A DNA stretch of 62,832 nucleotides, counting the filler. It is 4 parts of 4 records of this genome, joined end to end, with 100 filler letters (N's around TTAATTAATTAA, not from the genome) between each part and the next. Parts side by side here need not be neighbours in the genome. Positions count along the whole stretch, not along the records: positions 45,212 to 62,832 come from DRR378314_2520; 3 more parts are not named here. The stretch is one strand, 5' to 3'. Position 1 is the first letter of the stretch, and each line of letters opens with the position of its first letter. Below, in pieces: positions 55,975 through 62,832 of this stretch. Under the pieces are notes generated by a model. That model saw nothing but the letters and a program-made list of their open reading frames with translations. It did no database searches and was not told the origin of the DNA. The position numbers and the translations under genes are program-made.

Positions 55975-56442
55975 TGAGCGCACGGGAGGCGCCACTCGCG
56001 CGGAATCGCGCAATCGTTGCTTACGTGGCCAACACAAGCAAGGGTGCACCGAACAAACCTGTATCTCCACACACAACGCTACACAAAACAGCCAGCAGGA
56101 AGAAAATAGAGGCTATAGGCGAGAAACCCAGAGCGAGCTCGCGAAAAAAAATAGAGACACAGCGCTCCTGTGCTAAAGCCAGCACCCCGTGCGGTTCATG
56201 CAGTTGCTCTCGCGTGGGTCAGGCAACACGGCACGGCCACGCGCGCAGCTGCGGATCGTCGCAACGAGCACAGCAGGTCGCTTGCGCCTCTTTCCGAGAA
56301 GTATCCAAATCGGGGTCGCTCACCGCTTCGAGAATGCGTTCCGCGCTCCCGCGAAACCGCTCCCCGCATAACGCGCGCGCGCCCACGCCGCCCGCTTTAT
56401 TGCATGTGTACATTATTTTTTACCTGGAGCCCAAGAGAAATA

Positions 56443-59190
56443 ATGAAAGGGGAAGATGTGGAGATAGGAAGAGCTTCTGCCTCTCCTTTTCGAGAGCAGC
56501 AGCTCGCTCGCAATGTTGACGCAGACGCAACTGCGCGGCTGCTGCACGGCGTGTACTCCGGGCGGCTTTACCGTGACTGGTACTCGAGGCAGAGTCACGA
56601 GAAGCTACGCGACCTGTTGGAGTATGTTTTCAGTGCATAGACTGCTCTCCCTTCCACATGTTCGTTTCATATATATAGATATGGATTGTAAGGCCAAGGT
56701 TCATTATGCAATGCATGTGTGCGTCACGGGATGGGCTGTTGACACGGGCCTGCGGTTTTCGCCAACATTGCGACGCTTCCTAATGGCTTCTTGTGCACAG
56801 ACTTGTGGATGGCGAGGCGAGCAAAATTCGAGCTGCGCTTCAATCCTGTTCTTCGCCAGGCGCGCACGCGACAAGCAACATCAGTCCCGCGGTACGATAC
56901 AGTATACTACACTGTTTGGCACTTGTGTCACAATAGGGCGCTGGAGTAGTTTGTCGTTACCACGCTGCAACTGGAGCGATGAAGACGCACGTGCCAAGTT
57001 CGTGGGATTCCTGCTGTTCCATCGCTCTGCGTGCGCTGAGCGTCTCTTCCCCAGTGATAGAACGGCGTTTCGCCCACTGATCTGGCATCTCGGCGCGGAA
57101 ACCGGTCTTGCACATACGTAACGATCCAGATTAGGGTATCAATGGCATGATCAGTGCTTGGTCGGAGTCACCGCCGTGCTGCATTGTGCACCAAGTGCAC
57201 CAGCGCGCGGCAAGGCGTATCTGCGCCTGCACTGCATTCGGTCCCGTTTTGGCAACGCTGCCTGATATGTGCCGGTGGCAAGTGTAACCGAGGTTTCTTG
57301 CGCAGAGCACCGCCCACATCAGTCTCATCAACCCGCTATGTTTTGTGTTTGTCGTCTAATGCCTGATGAAGAGGATACAGGGAATGATCGACCAGAATAT
57401 CTGGAAAGCTGTTGGCGGTGAGCGACCTCAGTATCAACTCCTGGAAGAGATACTGGACGCCGAGTCGCAAACAGTCTACAGTGCTCCTGTGCTGCGGCCG
57501 AGCGCGTGTCGAGAGCTCTGCGCCGAGGTGCGGACAACGTGCGAGCAACGAACTGCGACGCTCGCCGGCGGCCTGCCCAGCCGTACATACATAAAAAAAA
57601 TTCGCACAACCGCACCTTGCATTTTGGGGACTTCTCATTTTGCGCGACCCTCAAGCAGCCAGCAAGCTTAGAATCATGGCAGGTACTGGAGGGAGAAAAT
57701 TATGCTCGCGCGCGTGATGCGAAGGGCAAGTGCGGACATAGTGCCTTGACAACGCACGACTGCAATATCCAGAGCGCCACGGCTCTGCGCTACCACGTAC
57801 CTCGCGCGAAAAAGAAAAAAAGACGAAATGAGGTCCCTGTCATTAATGGTACTTTGCTTGCATGTGCACGCGCGCCTAGATTGACGAATTCTCTGCAGAG
57901 TGTATGGCGCCCGGCACAGCCACGTCGATGCACAGGCGCAGCATGATTGTGCGGCCTGAGTCTGCTCCGCCCGTTCTATGCGCGCTATGCGATACCCTTC
58001 TGGAGCACGTTGCAAAACCGCTGGCGGAAACCCTCTTCACAGACTTCGAAGGAATGACGTCTCTGTCCTCGTATCACGCGTTCGTGGTTGAGTACGACGC
58101 ACGAAGCACCGGCAGCCTTACAGTTGACGAGGAGAAGGTGTGTGCGCTACCCAAACACCAGTATGCCGTCGCGCCAACTCTGCTTGTTGGGTAGATGGTA
58201 TTGTAGAGCGCTAGAGTACTCGCTTTCGCAAGCGCGTGCGCGGGCGTGCGCAAGAATCAGCACCGTGGTGGGGGGAGGAGAATCCTGCCAAGAACATCGT
58301 GGAAATTCATCCAATATCCCCTTGACCAGCCTCAGGGAGTGCGTACGACGCAGGAGATAGGGGTGTTAGACGGAGCGGGAGTGAGAGGATACGGCAGCCG
58401 GCATCGTGCAACGCTCTCGCCGCGCGGAGTTGCTGTGCGGATTGACGGGTGCTGTGCCCGCTCGGCACTTTTTTTTGCGAGCAATATGGTTTATCGTTTC
58501 GCTCTGCCCTGTCGCTGCTGCGCCTTGCCCGGCCCAACACCGCTTTGCTAGCAACTTTCGTTAATGGAGCACACCGATGACTCAGAGTTCACGTTGAATA
58601 TTAGCCTCGGCGAGGACTTTGAGGGTGGTGAGCTGCTTATGCGAGGCGTTCGTGGGCGTCCTGATCTCGATGACGAGGATGGAGGCGGCGAAACGATCAT
58701 TCCACACGTGATTGGACGGGCGGTGCGTTGACGTATTCTTCATAGTTTTTATCAGCAGCACGACTTTGCGCACTACCAGCGGAAATGAAGTCGTTGGGCG
58801 GCGAAGCGTTCCGTGCTCGTGCCGGGTGCGCTTCAATGCGCTATGTACGTACTTTGCCCCGCTTGGTACCGTGCGACGTCCTCCCGGCAATCCCTGGCAA
58901 CTATGGACTTATCACACAGAAAAGGGCTACGAGCTAGCAACTGTGTATTGCAGTCGATCGTAGCGGCACGCTGCAGAGGCGTTCGTGCTCATCGTGGAAT
59001 GCAATGTGCGATGCCGTGCGAGATTTTACAGGTTATGCATACAGGAACACAGTTTCATGCTGCTCGCCGGACGAGCTGCGGGCGCCGCCGAAACTTAATC
59101 ATGTGGATCCGCAGCGACCTCAAGCGCTCGCGCACGTGTCCGTGCTGCTTGCTGCAAAATCGGTCATACCGCGAGTGCGTATGTGGCTAG
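56443..59190 (+). CDS. 2OG-Fe(II) oxygenase, OGFOD2-like, 6 exons, 334 aa
   Basis: Exons 56443-56621, 56801-56891, 57381-57527, 57880-58137, 58552-58722 and 59032-59190, all GT-AG and in phase. Motifs YHAFVVEY, HTDDSEFTLNISLG..FEGGEL (HxD) and H.G...HAA...G.R.NLIMW. The start codon is less certain. Confidence 0.85.
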
Positions 59191-59735
59191 AGGTTCTGTA
59201 CACATGTACGGAAGGAAATGAATGCAATACGACATGTTTGGACCCTTTCTCCGCGAGCTCAGTAGGTTGTATTGCAACGCCTTGAAGGAGGGCGTTGTCC
59301 TCCTTTGGGTGCTCAACGAGTTACTAATGAGAAAAAGCGGCAAAGTGATCCTTCGTCCTTGGGCGCGGCGAGAAGGTTTTCATGTGCCAAGGATACTGTG
59401 GATTCTATGGTGAAGCAAGCAGCCCGCATGAGCCGCACCCGCTCCCCGCTGGATCGCTGCATACTTGGCAGATGGGTGTGCATTTTCGTTCCATTCTTAC
59501 TTTATTGGAGCATTCGTCGTGAACGATGACATTCACTGCAAGAGATGATCACGCACCCATTCTACTTCGGCAGGTCGACCCATCCCGCTGCACTGGACGT
59601 GAGCGTTGTTTGCCTCGAAAGACGCGCGCCGCCTTCACACGGAGATCGGTCCACAAAAAGCGCCTATACACTCTTGCGTCCATCTTCGTCCAACTTTTTT
59701 CTCGCTAGTGCAAGAGCTATACTTTCTACGGCTGC

Positions 59736-61688
59736 TTACTCTCCGGAGAACGTGTCCAGAGTTTCCAGCAGCTGCTTCGAGTAATCTGGGCTGTAGTACT
59801 TGACGACTTCTTCCGGGAAACAATTGTTAACTCCGTCGATGTATTCGCGGAGCTGCGAACCTGGCTCGGCATCGACCTCCTGCACCCGCTTGAGTCCCCC
59901 GCTTTCCACAAACCTCCGACGAGCTTTCACGTCGTTTGGAAGAATTTTGGCGTACTGGTGGATGACATATTTTAAAATGTTCGGAGGGGCCGAGTGAAGC
60001 AGTGGTTCAAGAGCCTCGAGCATGGTGCATTTTTCCAGTGTCGACTTGAGCGCGCGCTTCGCTTTTGTTCGTAGATCTTCTGAACTGTCGGGTGCCAGAT
60101 ACTCCTCGAGCAAGCGGGCAAATACGTTGGCCTCCGCAAGCGCTTTTGCGTGATCGGCACTATGTCTCCCAATCTGCCCGAGTGACCACGCAGCAGCACT
60201 TTTGACGTAGTCTTCTGTCTCTGCCTCAAGCGTATTGGCAAGCGGAAGGACACCCTTGGCGACAATCACAGCTAGCGCCAGCGTATCCGAGAAGGCCGCG
60301 ATATACCCCAAAGTCATGATACCCGGTAAACTTGTGTTTCCTTGAGATTCAATTACAAAGTCTACAACGGCTGCAACGCCACCAGCGTTCACGATTAGTC
60401 GGGCAAGCTCTGGCGTATGCTTTGCGATCTCCCGAATACACGTGCATGCGCATTTGCGGACTTGCGTGTCGACGTCCTTCAGACATGTCAGAATTTTCGG
60501 GAAGATTTCCGCCTCAACCACAACTTCAGCAAGGTCAACAGAGTGTTTTGCAATCTGTGAGAGAGCGGTGCAGACTTGTCGTTTGAGCTTTGCGTCAGGG
60601 CTCGCGATGAATGGTGCAATATGCGGAACAGCTCCTGCGTCGACCACCGCCTGGGCGAGCACCGCAGTGTGCTTGGCAACATCCGACAGGGCCGACGCGG
60701 CGATTCGCTTCAACGTCAGCTCAGGTTCCTGCACGCAAAGAACGAGCAACGGAATTGCTCCGGCATCGACGACCGTCTGTGCGAGATCCGCATCGTGGCG
60801 TGCAATGTATCCTATTGCCCATGCCGCGGACTCCTTCACTCCAGGATCGAATTCCTCGAGGCACTGCGTCAGGGACTCGAGCGCGCCGCAGTCCACTACT
60901 GCGTGCGCCAGTGGTGGTGAATGCTTCGCAACCGCACGAAGCACAAACGAGGCTGCTTTTTTGTAGAATCTCTGCACCAAACCAGAATGTGCGCAAGATA
61001 GCACAAGTGCATGACACACGTTAGCTGTCCTTCAGATGTAGCTGCATGATCACGGCGGGTGCAGGGTGCGGTCCGACGTTTCCACTTGCGCGCGAACAAG
61101 ACCCTTCTTACATGGGCTTGATGTCGGCTGAATCCTTCACACACACGAAAATTTGCACGCCAAAAGTACGATATGTACATCACATCCCGATTAAACTGCA
61201 TTATTCCTATTCGAATACTTCGAATCGCTCGAAAACATGAGCCGGCCTCATCGTTGCTACTTACATAAGTGTACAGTAGTGACAGGCAAGAGATAGCCAC
61301 AGTGAACTGGAGCAGCCGTGAGTGGCGGCAGAAACGGGCAACGCAACCCAAGAACGCAACAAAAATCACAGGGGAAGACTGCCTCTGCTCTATTACGTAC
61401 ATTCTTTTCGGAAAGCTGGTAGACTAGTTGAGGAAGAATCCCGTTTCCAACAACGGCCTCGGCGAGCTCGTCGTTGTAATTGGCAAGCCTTCCTAGCGCC
61501 AGCGCAGCACTCTGCTGGATGCTAGGTACGTTGTCTAGCAGGAGAGGGCGCAGGAGCGACATGACATCCGCATTCTGCAGCGTTTCAATATTTTGCGGGC
61601 GCGTTGCAAGTTCTGCAATCGTTTGCACAAATGTAACTCGAGATTTTTGATATGTTTCGAAAACTTGAAGTACAGCGCGAGAACCCAT
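59736..61688 (-). CDS. PF16: Axonemal central-pair armadillo-repeat protein PF16/SPAG6, 2 exons, 507 aa
   Basis: Exon 61688-61401 (VLQVFETYQKSRVTFVQ...LRPLLLDNVPSIQQSAALALGRLANY), a 429-nt GTACGT...TGCAG intron, then exon 60971-59736 (RFYKKAASFVLRAVAKHS...NCFPEEVVKYYSPDYS). Confidence 0.96.
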
Positions 61689-62832
61689 TTTTACGCCGGG
61701 TCGTTATTGCGATGCGACAGCAAGAAGGTGAATTGCTGTGGCGAAGATTGGCACGACGCCGTTTGCCGGCAGAGGTAGGCTATAGCAATCTATGTGAGGT
61801 AGACGTTGGCAATGCGGCCCCGGTTGCAGTTCCCTTGATCCTGGTAGAGCGAATGAACAACGATTCGTAGTGCGAGCAGTGAGCACAAGGAGCGATTCAC
61901 ACAGTCAACGCAAGCACCCTTGTGTGCAGAGATTTAGCGCGCGTTTCCGCCCATACAACAAATCGTTGCGAACACGAACGTCTTTGGTCAGAGGTACCAT
62001 TGAAAGAGTGCGAAATAACACTTAGTATCGTTCTGTGAGGAAAGCAGGGGATCCACGAGCTTCCTTTCTTGAACGAGCGAAAACGCAACTCTCGGTGAAA
62101 CGGTACTCAATAGCAGATTGCGTCCGCCAGGGCACCCACTTTGCTTCCCCAACTCGGGCACATTCATGCTTCACAACAGTGGGGTATTTGCGCCTTCTGG
62201 CAGCGAAATACACGTGAAAACTGATAAATAGTCTAATATTTTCTATGAATAGCACGCAATCTCTGCATTGCGGCAGACACTTGCAATAAAGCAAGAACGC
62301 AGCGTGCAACTGAGAGTGGGCGCTCGTCTCTCCGGACACTCACTTAGGAGACAAAGCGTTGCCGTTCATTGTGGACTAAGGTACAGGGTCGGGCCCTATG
62401 CTAGCGTCCGACTTCGGGGGCAAAATGCAAGCGCCCCGTAAAAGCGCACATCCTTTATCCCCCAACAAGATACATCTTTGTGAGGATATCAACGTACGCA
62501 AACTGCGATGTAGGGCCAAATCGCAGTGCAGTCCGGGGACTTGGATGGCGACGAACGCAGCGAGAACCACGGACGAGAGGGACGCTCCTTGTTTTCGGTG
62601 CTGGTGCACAGAGAGTAGTTGAGTGCCAACGCGGCGATCTTGAGTGATCGGAAAACTGACAGACCTCCTCTGAAGTTGCTGTCAGGCGAAAGGTAAACCC
62701 TATCGCGGCGATTCGTTTCGCTGTAGCGGAAGGGAGAAAAGAAACTGCCATCTTGCGCTAGGGGCACATCGAGGATGTGCACTCGCACCTTGGCTACGCA
62801 ACCCGCGCCTCGACCACATGCCGCACACACAC

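Noticed and set aside
45212..62832. Assignment of the eukaryotic block to trypanosomatids or dinoflagellates
   Set aside because: Frequent canonical GT-AG cis-introns, mixed gene orientation and short intergenic distances do not fit; the taxon is left open.
61689..62832. Possible exons upstream of PF16 (ORFs at 62455-62830)
   Set aside because: No recognisable motif, and no consistent exon model could be built before the window ends.

Overview
This window is not one locus. It is four unrelated contigs joined by identical 100-nt spacers (44 N + TTAATTAATTAA + 44 N, at 7942-8041, 23769-23868 and 45112-45211). (1) 1-7941 is a gammaproteobacterial, Halomonas-like (inferred) core locus: partial rne (absent from the ORF track), rluC, a HAD hydrolase, sppA, yceF/maf, yceD and partial rpmF. 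(2) 8042-23768 is a GC-rich, Rhodobacteraceae-like (inferred) contig: partial ndk, a Bcr/CflA MFS, ABC-F, an ACT protein, marC, an aspartyl protease, a LexA-boxed solo imuA, two more MFS genes, metG, an RND pump pair and partial glpD. (3) 23869-45111 is an AT-rich, Pseudoalteromonas-like (inferred) contig: ahpCF, GFA, DM13, a solute-binding protein, an MCP, a GNAT, a MacB-type exporter with three adaptor genes, SPFH/NfeD, a GAF-GGDEF protein, a CDF transporter, a hybrid kinase and a partial GGDEF-EAL gene. (4) 45212-62832 is intron-rich nuclear DNA of a flagellated eukaryote, where most ORF-track entries are noise. I reconstructed spliced models by hand for a PEX22-like gene (4 exons), an MFS transporter (12 exons, including a 13-nt microexon), an OGFOD2-like 2OG-Fe(II) oxygenase (6 exons) and PF16/SPAG6 (2 exons). 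I found no CRISPR array, mobile element, rRNA, tRNA or recognisable defence island, and no clear-cut new multi-gene system. The best leads are the eukaryote's strong +4-pyrimidine splice-donor bias, the microexon, the structured ~560-nt rne leader, the solo SOS-boxed imuA, the three-adaptor exporter and the CDF with a His-His/His-Asp metal site. All family and taxon assignments come from motif recognition, not database searches.
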